A stretch of 63,967 nucleotides of DNA, filler included. It is 10 parts of 10 records of this genome, joined end to end, with 100 filler letters (N's around TTAATTAATTAA, not from the genome) between each part and the next. Parts side by side here need not be neighbours in the genome. Positions count along the whole stretch, not along the records: positions 11,275 to 18,159 come from SRR11831586_1643; positions 18,260 to 23,842 come from SRR11831586_1644; positions 23,943 to 29,917 come from SRR11831586_1645; positions 30,018 to 32,344 come from SRR11831586_1652; 6 more parts are not named here. The stretch is one strand, 5' to 3'. The notes below the pieces were generated by a model. That model was not told the origin of the DNA. It made no database searches and saw only the letters and a program-made list of their open reading frames with translations. Shown here piece by piece: positions 17,377 to 30,158 of this stretch (positions within the stretch are counted from its first letter, which is position 1; every line of letters begins with the position of its first letter). Position numbers and translations under genes: made by a program.

Positions 17377-18159
17377 TCAGTGTTTATGTTCGGCGGTTAA
17401 TTGATTAAATAAAGTGTCGAGTTTTGGATCGCCAATATAGTTATTAATCAATATCAGTGGTTTATCCGTCACACGTTTCACGCGCCCTTCCAGACTGGCA
17501 TGAGTAACGACGATATCCGCATCCGCAGGCACGTTTTCTATGGCGTAATGTTTTACTTCAATTGCCAGCCCCGCTTTTTCCAGGCGTTTACGGAAGGTGG
17601 TCGCGCCCATCGCACTGGAGCCCATCCCCGCATCGCAAACAAAGGCGATACGCTTAACCCTGCTTAACGAGAATGCACCCTCTTGTTTCATCGCCTTAAC
17701 CGCATTGGCTGACTGAGCAAACTCATCTTCGCTCTCCGTTTCCACCGTTTTTTCCATCTTCAGTATCAGCGAAGTAATAGCAAAGGACACCAGGGTACCT
17801 ACCGTAACACCGGCAATTGTCGCCAGGAACGAGCCTTTCGGCGTCAGTGCCAGGTAAGCAAAGATAGACCCCGGACTTGGGCCAGCCACCAGACCACCGT
17901 CCAGTAAGTTAAACATCCAGGTGCCAGACATACCGCCCGCAATCATGGCAATAATGGTCAGCGGCTTCATCAGCACATACGGGAAATACAGTTCGTGGAT
18001 CCCACCGAGGAAGTGAATAATCATCGCCCCGGGCGCAGAACGTTTACTCATCCCTTTACCAAACAAGGTAAACGCCAGCAGCAGCCCCAGGCCCGGACCT
18101 GGGTTAGAGGCCACCATAAAGAAGATGGATTTACCGTTAACCGAAGCCTGTTGCATTCC
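17377..18159 (-). CDS. cmtA: Cryptic mannitol PTS IICB, 5'-truncated
   Basis: GGIHELYFP and IIB CDAGMGSS motifs. Confidence 0.95.
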   Translation of the reverse strand, partial: GMQQASVNGKSIFFMVASNPGPGLGLLLAFTLFGKGMSKRSAPGAMIIHFLGGIHELYFPYVLMKPLTIIAMIAGGMSGTWMFNLLDGGLVAGPSPGSIFAYLALTPKGSFLATIAGVTVGTLVSFAITSLILKMEKTVETESEDEFAQSANAVKAMKQEGAFSLSRVKRIAFVCDAGMGSSAMGATTFRKRLEKAGLAIEVKHYAIENVPADADIVVTHASLEGRVKRVTDKPLILINNYIGDPKLDTLFNQLTAEHKH

Positions 18160-18259
18160 NNNNNNNNNNNNNNNNNNNNNNNNNNNNNNNNNNNNNNNNN
18201 NNNTTAATTAATTAANNNNNNNNNNNNNNNNNNNNNNNNNNNNNNNNNNNNNNNNNNNN
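18160..18259. other. Artificial contig linker
   Basis: 44 N + TTAATTAATTAA + 44 N. Confidence 0.98.
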
Positions 18260-19039
18260 AATCGCGGAGATTGCTGCGAGCTGTGCCTGCAGGACAATTT
18301 GATAGACGTTAAACAGCAGGTGAGATTCGGCGCTCACCCCTTCGCCATTCACCAGCAAGGTGCGCGTCATATCAGAGCAGTAGCCCTGATACAGCGCACC
18401 GAAATCGAGAGTGACAAACTCGCCCGCTGCAACAATCTTGTCGCTGGCTTTGCCGTGCGGCAGCGCCCCACGCCAGCCACTGGCGACAATGGTGTCAAAA
18501 GAGGCTTTTTCTGCGCCCTGCTGGCGCATAAACCACTCCAGTTCAGCGGCTATCTCGCGCTCGCTCATCCCCGCCTGAATAAAGCGGCGAATATGCTCTG
18601 CACCGCGATCAGCAATCCCACAGGCGAGGCGGATTTTCTCCACCTCCTCTGGCGTTTTGATTTGCCGCAGCACATCCGGCGTGGCGCTAACCAGTTTCGC
18701 ATTGAGTTCAGACTGCCAGCGGTGCGCGGTTTCCCAACTCACCTGCTGGCCCTCAAAACCGAGCGTTTGCAACTGTTCATCGGCAATGATTTGATTGACG
18801 ATAGTGGTAAGCGTGTTCGTCGCGTCAAGCAAATGCAGCTGGTAGCCTTGCGCACGGGCTTCCACCTCAACGTAATAGCGCGAATCCACCAGAATGTGCG
18901 CACTTTCACGGCTAATCACCACATAACCTGATCCGGTGGAGATCCCCAGATGCGGCTGTTTGTTCTGCCGTGAGGAGAGAAGCACTGCATCCAGTTGTTG
19001 CGCCTTAAGCCAGTCGCGCAGCGAAGCGAGTAATGTCAT
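18260..19039 (-). CDS. ypdF: Aminopeptidase YpdF (M24), 3'-truncated
   Basis: [22 protein letters not shown]. Confidence 0.95.
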
Positions 19040-19053
19040 CTGGATTTTCCTTC

Positions 19054-20301
19054 TTACAGGCTATCGATTAACAATTTGCCTTTACGGAACATCATCAGAC
19101 GCAGGAACACCACCATCAGCGCAGTTATGACTGCCCCCAGCGCGATCCCCGCCATATAGACGCCCAGGTTAGTGACCAGCGGCCATGCCCAGATAGCGGA
19201 CTCCGGGAACCATTGCACTGCGCCCAGCCAGACAGCGGCGGTTGAGCCGACAATAGCGCCGACCATATACGACGGAATGGCGGTGATGGGGCTTTCCAGC
19301 GCAAACGGAATCGCACCCTCACTGATCCCCATAAACGCCAGGAACATGGCGGTCTTACCCTGCGGATAAAGTTGAGCGTTGAACAGGCGTTTGCCGGTTA
19401 AACGACGGTCGATAATGGTCGCCAGCCCCAGACCAATCGGCGGAATAACGATAGCGATAGAACGAGCGGTGACCGGTAATACGTGGTCAGTGGTAAAGCT
19501 GAAGGCAACAAAACCTGCGGCTTTGTTGATCGGGCCACCAAGGTCGATTGCTGTCGCCGCGGCGATCCCCATTGCGTACATCAGCGCGCCCTTCTCACCT
19601 GCGGCAGTCAGCACAGTACGGATACCGCCGTTGATCCAGCCACCAAAGGGGGTGATGACGTAGTACATCGCCAGCATGACAAAAATGGCGGAAAGAATCG
19701 GGAGCAAAAATGTGGTTTTGAACGCTAACAGGAAATCCGGTAACTGGATTTTCTGGTTCATCCACTTCACAAGGTAACCGGCAACGATAGAAATAATCAG
19801 CGCACCAATGAAGGTGGACGGCACCGGCGAAGAGGTCGCCCATTGCATAGTGCTGGGATCGAAGTTCAGCAGTTGCGTCGGCTGGGTAGACATCAACCCG
19901 CCGATAAAACCAGCCGGGAACGCCAGTTTGCCACCGATAGAGTTCGCCACAAAAGCAGCAAACATCGGAATGGCAAAACCAAACAACACGCCGCCGAAGG
20001 ACTGCGACAGCCAGGCAAATTTAAGTAAGGAGAGGTCGAAACCGGAGAATTTCCCGCTATTAAGAGCATCCATGATGCCGATCTCAGCAGGAATTTTAAG
20101 CCAGCTATAAGCAATCAGCTGGCTGAAAGCGAGGATCACACCGCCCATAATTAAGGTCGGCACCATGCGTGAAATCCCTGACATCACATGCTGCGGGAGT
20201 TCACCCCAGAAGCTGGTTTTAGAGGCCTGCGGATTCTTAACTGCCGCTGCCGCACCGGATGCGCCAGGCACAACGGTTGCACTGCGTTTTTTAATGGCCA
20301 T
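19054..20301 (-). CDS. fryC: Fructose-like PTS IIC
   Basis: DLGGPINK and GISEGAIPF motifs. Confidence 0.95.
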
Positions 20302-20322
20302 AACAATTATCCCTGTCGAATA

Positions 20323-20649
20323 TTACTGTTGTTCAGAGGCAATCATCTCTTCGATTTCTTTGATGATGCCCGCAGCGTTTTTAATTGCGTCCTGCAAAGT
20401 GATTTCATAAACGTCGCGTGATTCGAAACGTTCGTTATCTTCCGGGGTAACTGCCACGGAGTGGATGATGATGGTCGCTTCGGCGATATCCTGCGCCGTC
20501 AGGCGATTCTGGATACCGTCCGCGCCCTGGGTTTCAATTTTCACTTCATAACCGGCTTCTACCGCCGCTTCTTCCAGCGCCTGAGCGGCCATAAAGGTGT
20601 GAGCCAGGCCCATCGGGCAGGCACATAAGGCAATCAGTTTCTTACTCAT
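20323..20649 (-). CDS. fryB: Fructose-like PTS IIB
   Basis: ACPMGLAHTFMAA motif. Confidence 0.95.
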   Translation of the reverse strand: MSKKLIALCACPMGLAHTFMAAQALEEAAVEAGYEVKIETQGADGIQNRLTAQDIAEATIIIHSVAVTPEDNERFESRDVYEITLQDAIKNAAGIIKEIEEMIASEQQ

Positions 20650-20830
20650 CGTTAATTCCTCGTTCAGTGATAGTTGACGAGTGAAATTATGAACGTGCAA
20701 AACAAATCGCCGTTACCAGACAAATAATGCATTTACTGGAGAATTAATCCCGCTGTACGGAAGTGTGACGCAGGTCGACCTTGTGAGGGGACACAAAGAA
20801 AAATTGAATAAACTGTATGATTTAAAAGAT

Positions 20831-20854
20831 TATCGGGAGAGTTACCTCCCGATA
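20831..20854 (-). terminator. Probable terminator hairpin downstream of glk
   Basis: TATCGGGAG...CTCCCGATA inverted repeat. Confidence 0.55.
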
Positions 20855-20867
20855 TAAAAGGAAGGAT

Positions 20868-21833
20868 TTACAGAATGTGACCTAAGGTCTGGCGTAAATG
20901 TGCACCGGAACCGAGAAGGCCCGGATTGTCATGGACGATGAGATACACCGGAATATCATGGACATATTCTTTAAAGCGCCCTTTATCTTCAAATGCGGCA
21001 CGGAAACCGGAGGCTTTGAAGAACTCAAGGAAGCGCGGCACGATACCGCCCGCAATAAACACGCCGCCAAATGTCCCGAGATTGAGCGCCAGATTGCCGC
21101 CAAAACGGCCCATAATGACGCAAAACAGCGACAATGCGCGGCGGCAATCGGTGCAGCTGTCAGCCAGCGCGCGTTCGGTAATATCTTTTGGCTTGAGATT
21201 TTCTGGCAGGCGGTTGTCAGCTTTCACAATTGCGCGATACAAATTCACCAGCCCAGGGCCAGAAAGCACGCGCTCCGCCGAAACATGACCAATTTCCGCA
21301 CGCAATATTTCGAGGATAATGGCCTCTTCTTCACTATTCGGCGCAAAATCAACGTGACCGCCTTCGCCTGGCAAGCTTACCCAACGCTTATCGACATGGA
21401 CCAGATGCGCAACCCCAAGCCCCGTTCCGGCACCGTAAACCGCAATAGGCTTACCTTCGACCGGTTCTGCGCCACCAAACTGAATCAGATGCTCTTTTTT
21501 CAGCATCGGGATCGCCATCGATACAGCGGTAAAATCGTTAATAATTTCCAGATGGCTAAAACCGAGATTCTTTTTCATTTCGGCAATTGAGAACGCCCAG
21601 GTATGGTTGGTCATCGCCACCCAGTCACCGGTAATTGGGCAAGCGATGGCAATACAGCCGTCTTTCACCTCGACCTTATGTTCTTCAAGATAAACGCGAA
21701 TGACCGCTTCGAGGCTGGGGTAATCAAGCCCTGAATAGGTCTTAGCCTGCGAGATTTCACCACTGGCAATATCACACAGAGCAAGACGTGCGTTGGTGCC
21801 GCCCACATCACCGACTAATGCATACTTTGTCAT
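20868..21833 (-). CDS. glk: Glucokinase
   Basis: [10 protein letters not shown], 321 aa. Confidence 0.99.
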   Translation of the reverse strand: MTKYALVGDVGGTNARLALCDIASGEISQAKTYSGLDYPSLEAVIRVYLEEHKVEVKDGCIAIACPITGDWVAMTNHTWAFSIAEMKKNLGFSHLEIINDFTAVSMAIPMLKKEHLIQFGGAEPVEGKPIAVYGAGTGLGVAHLVHVDKRWVSLPGEGGHVDFAPNSEEEAIILEILRAEIGHVSAERVLSGPGLVNLYRAIVKADNRLPENLKPKDITERALADSCTDCRRALSLFCVIMGRFGGNLALNLGTFGGVFIAGGIVPRFLEFFKASGFRAAFEDKGRFKEYVHDIPVYLIVHDNPGLLGSGAHLRQTLGHIL

Positions 21834-21952
21834 TCTTCAACTGCTCCGCTAAAGTCAAAATAATTCTTTCTCACACTGTAAATACCTGGGGGCATAACAA
21901 CAACGCCGGAAAGGCAGGCTCCCTGTAAATATCGATCTGGGTCACACAATTA

Positions 21953-21967
21953 CTTTATCGTTTCAGC
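21953..21967 (-). promoter_or_regulatory. Probable Cra site upstream of glk
   Basis: GCTGAAACGATAAAG on the minus strand. Confidence 0.55.
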
Positions 21968-22036
21968 ACCAATTGCAGCGATGCCTTTTTGCAAGCTGGG
22001 CAAACTAAGTATCTGACCCCGCATAAGGAATAGAAC

Positions 22037-23293
22037 ATGCTCCATCCGCGAGCCAGAACCATGTTGTTATTATCGCTCCCCGCCGTGGCAATTGGGATTG
22101 CGTCCAGTCTTATTCTGATTGTGGTGATGAAAATCGCCTCGGTATTACAGAATTTGCTCTGGCAACGACTGCCGGGAACTCTGGGGATAGCCCAGGATTC
22201 ACCCCTCTGGATCATCGGTGTATTAACGCTAACGGGTATTGCGGTGGGGTTGGTTATCCGTTTCAGCCAGGGTCATGCCGGACCAGACCCCGCCTGTGAA
22301 CCGCTGATCGGCGCACCGGTTCCGCCCTCTGCGCTACCTGGACTTATCGTAGCATTAATTCTCGGTCTTGCTGGCGGCGTCAGCCTGGGGCCGGAACATC
22401 CGATCATGACCGTCAATATCGCCCTTGCGGTTGCCATTGGCGCTCGTCTGTTACCGCGCGTCAACCGAATGGAGTGGACTATTTTAGCCTCTGCCGGAAC
22501 CATCGGCGCACTGTTTGGCACTCCTGTTGCGGCGGCGTTGATATTTTCGCAAACCTTAAATGGCAGTAGTGAAGTTCCGCTATGGGATCGTCTCTTTGCG
22601 CCGTTAATGGCGGCAGCAGCTGGTGCACTTACTACCGGATTATTTTTCCATCCTCATTTTTCACTGCCCATTGCTCATTACGGACAGATGGAAATGACCG
22701 ATATTCTCAGCGGTGCAATTGTCGCGGCGATTGCCATCGCAGCAGGGATGGTCGCCGTATGGTGCTTACCACGGTTGCACGCGATGATGCATCAAATGAA
22801 AAATCCGGTGCTCGTGCTGGGTATTGGCGGATTTATTCTCGGTATTCTGGGGGTTATTGGTGGACCAGTTTCGCTGTTTAAAGGGCTGGATGAGATGCAG
22901 CAGATGGTGGCAAATCAGGCTTTCAGCACCAGCGATTACTTTTTGCTGGCGGTAATTAAACTTGCCGCCCTGGTCGTTGCTGCCGCCAGTGGCTTTCGCG
23001 GTGGGCGAATCTTCCTGGCAGTGTTTGTCGGCGTGGCATTAGGGTTGATGCTGCATGAGCACGTTCCCGCCGTACCAGCGGCAATAACCGTTTCTTGCGC
23101 TATTCTCGGCATCGTGCTGGTGGTAACACGCGATGGCTGGTTAAGTCTTTTTATGGCGGCAGTCGTTGTACCCAATACCACATTGCTACCGCTGCTCTGT
23201 ATCGTCATGCTTCCGGCATGGCTGTTATTAGCAGGTAAGCCGATGATGATGGTCAATCGTCCGAAGCAACAGCCACCCCACGATAACGTTTAG
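22037..23293 (+). CDS. yfeO: CLC-like ion transport protein YfeO
   Basis: GVSLGPEHP motif, 418 aa, divergent from glk. Confidence 0.95.
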   Translation: MLHPRARTMLLLSLPAVAIGIASSLILIVVMKIASVLQNLLWQRLPGTLGIAQDSPLWIIGVLTLTGIAVGLVIRFSQGHAGPDPACEPLIGAPVPPSALPGLIVALILGLAGGVSLGPEHPIMTVNIALAVAIGARLLPRVNRMEWTILASAGTIGALFGTPVAAALIFSQTLNGSSEVPLWDRLFAPLMAAAAGALTTGLFFHPHFSLPIAHYGQMEMTDILSGAIVAAIAIAAGMVAVWCLPRLHAMMHQMKNPVLVLGIGGFILGILGVIGGPVSLFKGLDEMQQMVANQAFSTSDYFLLAVIKLAALVVAAASGFRGGRIFLAVFVGVALGLMLHEHVPAVPAAITVSCAILGIVLVVTRDGWLSLFMAAVVVPNTTLLPLLCIVMLPAWLLLAGKPMMMVNRPKQQPPHDNV

Positions 23294-23407
23294 CAAAAAA
23301 TGCTCTCCTTTATGATTTAAGAGTTATGGCGATGATACGGGGCTTTACCTCCCCGTAATATTGCGTTAACAGGCCGCTGACGGCTTCGAGCGTGAAGGAG
23401 AATAACA

Positions 23408-23734
23408 ATGTTCAGGTCACTGTTTCTGGCGGCCGCCCTGATGGCATTTACCCCGCTTGCAGCAAACGCAGGTGAAATCACCCTACTGCCATCAATCAAA
23501 TTACAAATTGGCGATCGCGATCATTACGGTAATTACTGGGACGGTGGTCACTGGCGCGACCGTGACTACTGGCATCGCAATTATGAGTGGCGCAAAAACC
23601 GTTGGTGGCGTCATGATAATGGCTACCACCGTGGCTGGGATAAGCGTAAAGCGTATGAGCGTGGCTATCGTGAAGGCTGGCGCGATCGTGACGATCATCG
23701 CGGAAAAGGCCGGGGTCATGGGCACCGCCATTAA
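23408..23734 (+). CDS. ypeC: Periplasmic DUF2502 protein YpeC
   Basis: Signal peptide, IGDRD.YGNYWDG motif. Confidence 0.92.
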
Positions 23735-23756
23735 ACGCGTCCGCCAATGGAGCACA

Positions 23757-23842
23757 ATGCCTGATGCGACGCTAGTGCGTCTTATCAGGCCTACAAACCG
23801 GCTCTTTAACGCGTAGGGCGGATAAGGCGTTTACGCCGCATC
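23757..23842. repeat. REP/BIME at contig end
   Basis: GCCTGATGCGACGCT...CTTATCAGGCCTAC and CGGATAAGGCGTTTACGCCGCATC. Confidence 0.9.
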
Positions 23843-23942
23843 NNNNNNNNNNNNNNNNNNNNNNNNNNNNNNNNNNNNNNNNNNNNTTAATTAATTAANN
23901 NNNNNNNNNNNNNNNNNNNNNNNNNNNNNNNNNNNNNNNNNN
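23843..23942. other. Artificial contig linker
   Basis: 44 N + TTAATTAATTAA + 44 N. Confidence 0.98.
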
Positions 23943-25674
23943 AAATTGGCCAGATATTGTCGATGATAATTTGCAGGCTGCGGTTGCCGCGAAACTCGTT
24001 GATATCGAGCTTATAAGCCAGTTGCACTTCGCGCACGCCGTTATCCGGCCAGAGGGCGGTATCGACATTAAAAGCAATACCATCCAGCAGTGGACCGCCG
24101 CCGACCGGTTCGACCATCACCTTCAAATGACGTTCGCCCACCAGCCGCTGTTGCAGCAGACGGAAATGACCGTCAAACAGCGGCTCCGGGAACATCTGCC
24201 CCCACGGGCCAGCATCGCGCAGCAGCTGCGCCACTTCCATGGTCATTTCGGCCGGGCTTAACGGACCGTCTGATACCACTTCGCCTTGCAATAGCGAAGG
24301 GTCCAGCCACTCAGTAACCAGTTCGCCAAACCGTTGTTGAAAGAGTTTGAATTTATCCTCTTCCAGCGACAAACCCGCCGCCATCGCATGACCGCCAAAC
24401 TTCAGCATCATGCCAGGGTAGAGTGTGTCTAATCGCTCCAGCGCATCACGCATATGCAGCCCCTGAATGGAGCGACCGGAACCTTTCAGCGTACCGTCAC
24501 CTGCTGGCGCAAACGCGATAACCGGACGGTGAAAACGCTCTTTGATGCGCGAAGCCAGAATACCGACAACGCCCTGATGCCATTCGGGGTGATACATTGC
24601 CAGCCCGCCGGGTAGCGTGTCACGGCTGCGCTCCAGTTTCTCGCACAGGGTCAGGGCTTCAATTTGCATTCCTTGTTCGATCTCTTTTCGCGTCTGGTTT
24701 AGCGCATCGAGTTCATTTGCCAGCACGCGCGCTTCGCCGATGTTGTCGCACAACAACAGCGCCACACCGACGGACATATCGTCCAGTCGTCCGGCAGCAT
24801 TGAGACGTGGCCCCAGCGCAAAACCTAAATCGCTGGCGGCGAGTTTTTGTGCATCACGGTTTGCCACTTCAAGCAGCGCTTTAATCCCCGGACGGCACTT
24901 TCCGGCTCGGATGCGACTCATCCCCTGCCAGGTCAGAATGCGATTATTAGCGTCCAGCGGCACGACGTCCGCCACTGTCCCCAGCGCGACCAGATCCAGC
25001 AGTTCTGCCAGGTTAGGAATTGCGATGTTACGCTCATCAAACCAGCCCTGATCGCGCAAAAAGGTGCGCAGCGCCAGCATCAGATAAAACGCCACACCCA
25101 CGCCTGCCAGTGATTTCGACGGGAAATTACAGTCGCGCAAGTTAGGGTTAATGATCGCTTCCGCTGCGGGTAATGTGTCGCCTGGCAAATGGTGATCGGT
25201 AACAATAACCGGGATGCCCAACGAGCGAGCGTGCTCAACCCCCGCATGGGAGGAAATACCGTTATCCACCGTGACAATTAACTGCGCGCCACGGGCATGG
25301 GCCTGATCGACCACTTCCGGGCTTAAGCCGTAACCGTCTTCGAAACGGTTTGGTACCAGGTAGTCGATATTGCTGCAACCAAGCGAGCGCATCGCCAGCA
25401 CGCTTAGAGCCGTGCTGGTCGCGCCGTCGGCGTCGAAATCACCGACCACAATAATCCGCGTTCCTTCGCGAAAAGCGTTGTAAAGGATCTCAACGGCCTT
25501 TTCGACGCCGCTCAGTTGCTGCCAGGGCAGCATACCTTTAACACTGCGTTCCAGTTCTTGCGCACTGCGTACTCCCCGGCTGGCGTATAAACGGCGCAGC
25601 AAGGGAGGCAATTCAGCGGGCAAGTCTGCCGTTTCATCGACTTCACGGCGACGAAGTTGTATCTGTTGTTTCAC
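23943..25674 (-). CDS. recJ: ssDNA exonuclease RecJ (stop codon cut off by contig end)
   Basis: GDFDADG, DHH, GGHAMAAG; ends NIWPI. Confidence 0.98.
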
Positions 25675-25679
25675 GCGAA

Positions 25680-26390
25680 TTATTTACCGCTGGTCATTTT
25701 TTGGTGTTCGTCGAGGAATTCTTTCATCTCTTTCGGCGGCTGGTAACCCGGAACAAGTGTGCCATTGCTCAGCACAACTGCCGGAGTACCGCTAACGCCA
25801 AGCTGGACGCCAAGTGCGTAATGGTCGGCAATATCCACGTCGCAACTGGCTGGTGCGACGCTTTTACCTGCCATCACATCATCAAACGCTTTGTTTTTAT
25901 CTTTCGCACACCAGATAGCTTTCATTTCTTTCTCTGCATCGCTGTCCAGCCCCTGGCGCGGGAAAGCAAGATAACGCACGGTGATCCCCAGCGCGTTGTA
26001 GTCTGCCATTTGCTCATGCAGTTTGTGGCAGTAACCACAGGTAATATCAGTAAACACGGTGATGACGTGTTTTTCCTGCGGCGCTTTATAAACGATCATC
26101 TCTTTTTCAAGCGCATTCAACTGCTTTAACAGCATCTTATTGGTGACATTGACCGGAGCCGTGCCACTAACGTCATACATTGGCCCCTGAATGATATGTT
26201 TACCATCATCGGTGATGTACAACACGCCGCTGTTAGTCAGAACTGTCTTCATGCCAGCTACAGGCGCGGGCTGAATATCGCTGCTTTTGATGCCCATTTT
26301 GGCTAACGTTTGTTGAATTGCCGCGTCATCAGCCTGAGCAAAGCCTGAAAACGCCGCTAACAAAGTAAACAACATAAAACCTTTCTTCAT
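25680..26390 (-). CDS. dsbC: Disulfide isomerase DsbC
   Basis: CGYC active site, signal peptide. Confidence 0.99.
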   Translation of the reverse strand: MKKGFMLFTLLAAFSGFAQADDAAIQQTLAKMGIKSSDIQPAPVAGMKTVLTNSGVLYITDDGKHIIQGPMYDVSGTAPVNVTNKMLLKQLNALEKEMIVYKAPQEKHVITVFTDITCGYCHKLHEQMADYNALGITVRYLAFPRQGLDSDAEKEMKAIWCAKDKNKAFDDVMAGKSVAPASCDVDIADHYALGVQLGVSGTPAVVLSNGTLVPGYQPPKEMKEFLDEHQKMTSGK

Positions 26391-26414
26391 AAATCTTCCC
26401 GTTCTTTTCAGACA

Positions 26415-27311
26415 TCACGCCCGCGGGTGATGCTGTTGATGAAGTTGCCGCAGACGCTCGGTAGCGACATGCGTATAAATTTGCGTGGTGGAGAGATCGC
26501 TGTGGCCCAGTAGCATCTGCACCACGCGTAAATCCGCACCATGATTTAATAAATGAGTGGCAAAAGCGTGACGCAACACATGCGGTGACAGCTTTTCGCT
26601 GTCGATACCCGCCAGCACAGCATAATGTTTAATACGGTGCCAGAAGGTCTGTCGCGTCATCTGCTGCGCACGCTGGCTGGGAAACAACACGTCAATTGAC
26701 ACACCATTCAGCAGCCACGGACGCCCATGTTCCAGATAGGTTTCCAGCCAGTAAACCGCCTCTTCACCTAACGGCACCAGACGCTCTTTGTTGCCTTTAC
26801 CAATGACCCGTACCACGCCCTGACGCAGGCTGATATCACTCATTGTCAGTCCGACCAGTTCAGAGACACGCAGCCCGGTAGCATACAACACTTCAAGCAT
26901 GGCTTTATCGCGTAGCTCCAGTGGCTGATCGATTAATGGTGCCTGTAATAAACGTTCGACCTGCGCTTCGCTTAAATCTTTTGGCAAACGCTGGGGCAAT
27001 TTCGGTGAAGCGAGATGCGCACTGGGATCGTCTTCACGAAACTTTTCGCGATAAAGATACTGGAACAATCGGCGCACTGCACTCAGCAAACGCGCTGAGC
27101 TGGTGGCTTTATACCCGCCCTCCAGCCGTTCTGCCAGTAATGCCTGCAAATCGTCACTTTGCGCCGTCGCCAGCGTCAACCCGCGGTGATGCAACCACTC
27201 CACCATCATTGACAGATCGCGACGGTAAGCGTTCAACGTATTTTCAGCCAGATTTTTTTCCAGCCACAGAGCATCAAGAAACTGCTCGATGCGTGCCAGA
27301 TCCTGTTTCAC
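26415..27311 (-). CDS. xerD: Tyrosine recombinase XerD
   Basis: HVLRHAFATH and TTQIYTHV; xerD-dsbC-recJ operon. Confidence 0.99.
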   Translation of the reverse strand: MKQDLARIEQFLDALWLEKNLAENTLNAYRRDLSMMVEWLHHRGLTLATAQSDDLQALLAERLEGGYKATSSARLLSAVRRLFQYLYREKFREDDPSAHLASPKLPQRLPKDLSEAQVERLLQAPLIDQPLELRDKAMLEVLYATGLRVSELVGLTMSDISLRQGVVRVIGKGNKERLVPLGEEAVYWLETYLEHGRPWLLNGVSIDVLFPSQRAQQMTRQTFWHRIKHYAVLAGIDSEKLSPHVLRHAFATHLLNHGADLRVVQMLLGHSDLSTTQIYTHVATERLRQLHQQHHPRA

Positions 27312-27422
27312 TTGCGCCCCTTATGGTCACTCATTTGATCCATTATGCCTTATTGTGCCGTGACTAAAGCGATTCTGATACACTAGCCGCAAAAGCCACA
27401 GCAGAATCGAGAAGCTTACGTT

Positions 27423-27944
27423 ATGAATATGGGTCTTTTTTACGGTTCCAGCACCTGTTACACCGAAATGGCGGCAGAAAAAATCCGCGATATTATCGGC
27501 CCAGAACTGGTGACCTTACATAACCTCAAGGACGACTCCCCGAAATTAATGGAGCAGTACGATGTGCTCATTCTGGGTATCCCGACCTGGGATTTTGGTG
27601 AAATCCAGGAAGACTGGGAAGCCGTCTGGGATCAGCTCGACGACCTGAACCTTGAAGGTAAAATTGTTGCGCTGTATGGGCTTGGCGATCAACTGGGATA
27701 CGGCGAGTGGTTCCTCGATGCGCTCGGTATGCTGCATGACAAACTCTCGACCAAAGGCGTGAAGTTCGTCGGCTACTGGCCAACGGAAGGATATGAATTT
27801 ACCAGCCCGAAACCGGTGATTGCTGACGGGCAACTGTTCGTGGGTCTGGCGCTGGATGAAACTAACCAGTATGACCTTAGCGACGAGCGTATTCAGAGCT
27901 GGTGCGAGCAAATCCTCAACGAAATGGCAGAGCATTACGCCTGA
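27423..27944 (+). CDS. fldB: Flavodoxin 2
   Basis: [15 protein letters not shown]. Confidence 0.98.
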
Positions 27945-27983
27945 TCTCACTGACGGCTTAGCGCATATGCTTTGCCGTCATCT

Positions 27984-28650
<667 letters not shown>

Positions 28651-28880
28651 TCACGAAAATCCAGTACCCGGCTATTGTAACGTGTTTTTCGCCTTCTTTT
28701 ACGGGAATATCAGTAAACACCATCGCGATCGCGAAATTAATTCACAACAATTCAATGGCTTCATTTTTTTGGAAGTCGCCTCGCAGAAGGCACAGATCGC
28801 GTAGTGAAAGCACTTGCATTGCCTCATAGCTCTTTTACCATTAGTCATTAATACGCCGTTAAGCAACTCAGGACTCTATT

Positions 28881-29861
28881 ATGGCTTTTACACCTTTTCC
28901 TCCCCGTCAGCCTACGGCTTCTGCCCGTTTACCGCTGACGCTGATGACGCTTGATGACTGGGCGCTTGCCACCATTACTGGCGCGGACAGCGAAAAATAT
29001 ATGCAGGGTCAGGTGACAGCAGATGTCAGCCAGATGGCAGAAGATCAGCACCTGCTCGCCGCCCATTGCGACGCCAAAGGTAAAATGTGGAGCAATTTAC
29101 GTCTGTTCCGCGACGGCGATGGCTTTGCATGGATTGAACGGCGCAGCGTGCGTGAACCGCAGCTGACTGAACTGAAAAAATATGCGGTATTCTCTAAAGT
29201 GACCATCGCGCCAGACGACGAGCGTGTGCTGCTTGGTGTTGCCGGTTTTCAGGCGCGCGCCGCGCTGGCAAATCTCTTTAGCGAACTGCCTTCGAAAGAA
29301 AAACAGGTAGTCAAAGAAGGCGCGACCACTTTGCTATGGTTTGAACACCCGGCAGAACGTTTCCTGATCGTAACCGATGAAGCTACTGCTAATATGCTGA
29401 CCGATAAACTGCGCGGTGAAGCGGAACTGAACAATAGCCAACAGTGGCTGGCATTAAACATTGAAGCGGGTTTCCCGGTGATTGATGCCGCCAACAGCGG
29501 GCAGTTTATCCCACAGGCGACCAATCTCCAGGCGCTGGGCGGTATCAGCTTTAAGAAAGGCTGTTATACCGGACAAGAGATGGTGGCGCGAGCAAAATTC
29601 CGTGGTGCCAATAAACGTGCGCTCTGGTTGCTGGCAGGTAGCGCCAGCCGACTGCCGGAAGCTGGTGAAGACTTAGAGCTGAAAATGGGCGAGAACTGGC
29701 GTCGTACCGGTACGGTACTGGCTGCGGTAAAACTGGAAGATGGTCAGGTCGTGGTACAGGTCGTCATGAATAACGATATGGAACCGGATAGCATCTTCCG
29801 CGTACGCGACGATGCGAATACATTGCATATCGAGCCGCTGCCGTATTCGCTCGAAGAGTAA
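28881..29861 (+). CDS. ygfZ: Folate-binding Fe-S protein YgfZ
   Basis: KGCYTGQE motif. Confidence 0.98.
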   Translation: MAFTPFPPRQPTASARLPLTLMTLDDWALATITGADSEKYMQGQVTADVSQMAEDQHLLAAHCDAKGKMWSNLRLFRDGDGFAWIERRSVREPQLTELKKYAVFSKVTIAPDDERVLLGVAGFQARAALANLFSELPSKEKQVVKEGATTLLWFEHPAERFLIVTDEATANMLTDKLRGEAELNNSQQWLALNIEAGFPVIDAANSGQFIPQATNLQALGGISFKKGCYTGQEMVARAKFRGANKRALWLLAGSASRLPEAGEDLELKMGENWRRTGTVLAAVKLEDGQVVVQVVMNNDMEPDSIFRVRDDANTLHIEPLPYSLEE

Positions 29862-29869
29862 ATCTCTTT

Positions 29870-29917
29870 ATCGCATCAGGCATTTATCGCCTGATGCGAC
29901 GCTGGCGCGTCTTATCA
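29870..29917. repeat. REP at contig end
   Basis: GCCTGATGCGACGCTGGCGCGTCTTATCA. Confidence 0.85.
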
Positions 29918-30017
29918 NNNNNNNNNNNNNNNNNNNNNNNNNNNNNNNNNNNNNNNNNNNNTTAATTAATTAANNNNNNNNNNNNNNNNNNNNNNNNNNN
30001 NNNNNNNNNNNNNNNNN
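29918..30017. other. Artificial contig linker
   Basis: 44 N + TTAATTAATTAA + 44 N. Confidence 0.98.
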
Positions 30018-30158
30018 AAAGAAAAAGTTTCTCGTGTAGATTAGTAGGGCAGTTTCTTCTGCCTTTCGGCAAAGCATGGTGACTGGGATAAGCTGAACAA
30101 CACTCGTGATTCATCGAGCGCCATTGTCCGGTTAAATGAGTGCTGCGAAACACCCAAG

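Noticed and set aside
26415-27311. Tyrosine recombinase as a prophage integrase
   Set aside because: It is housekeeping xerD in its normal operon.
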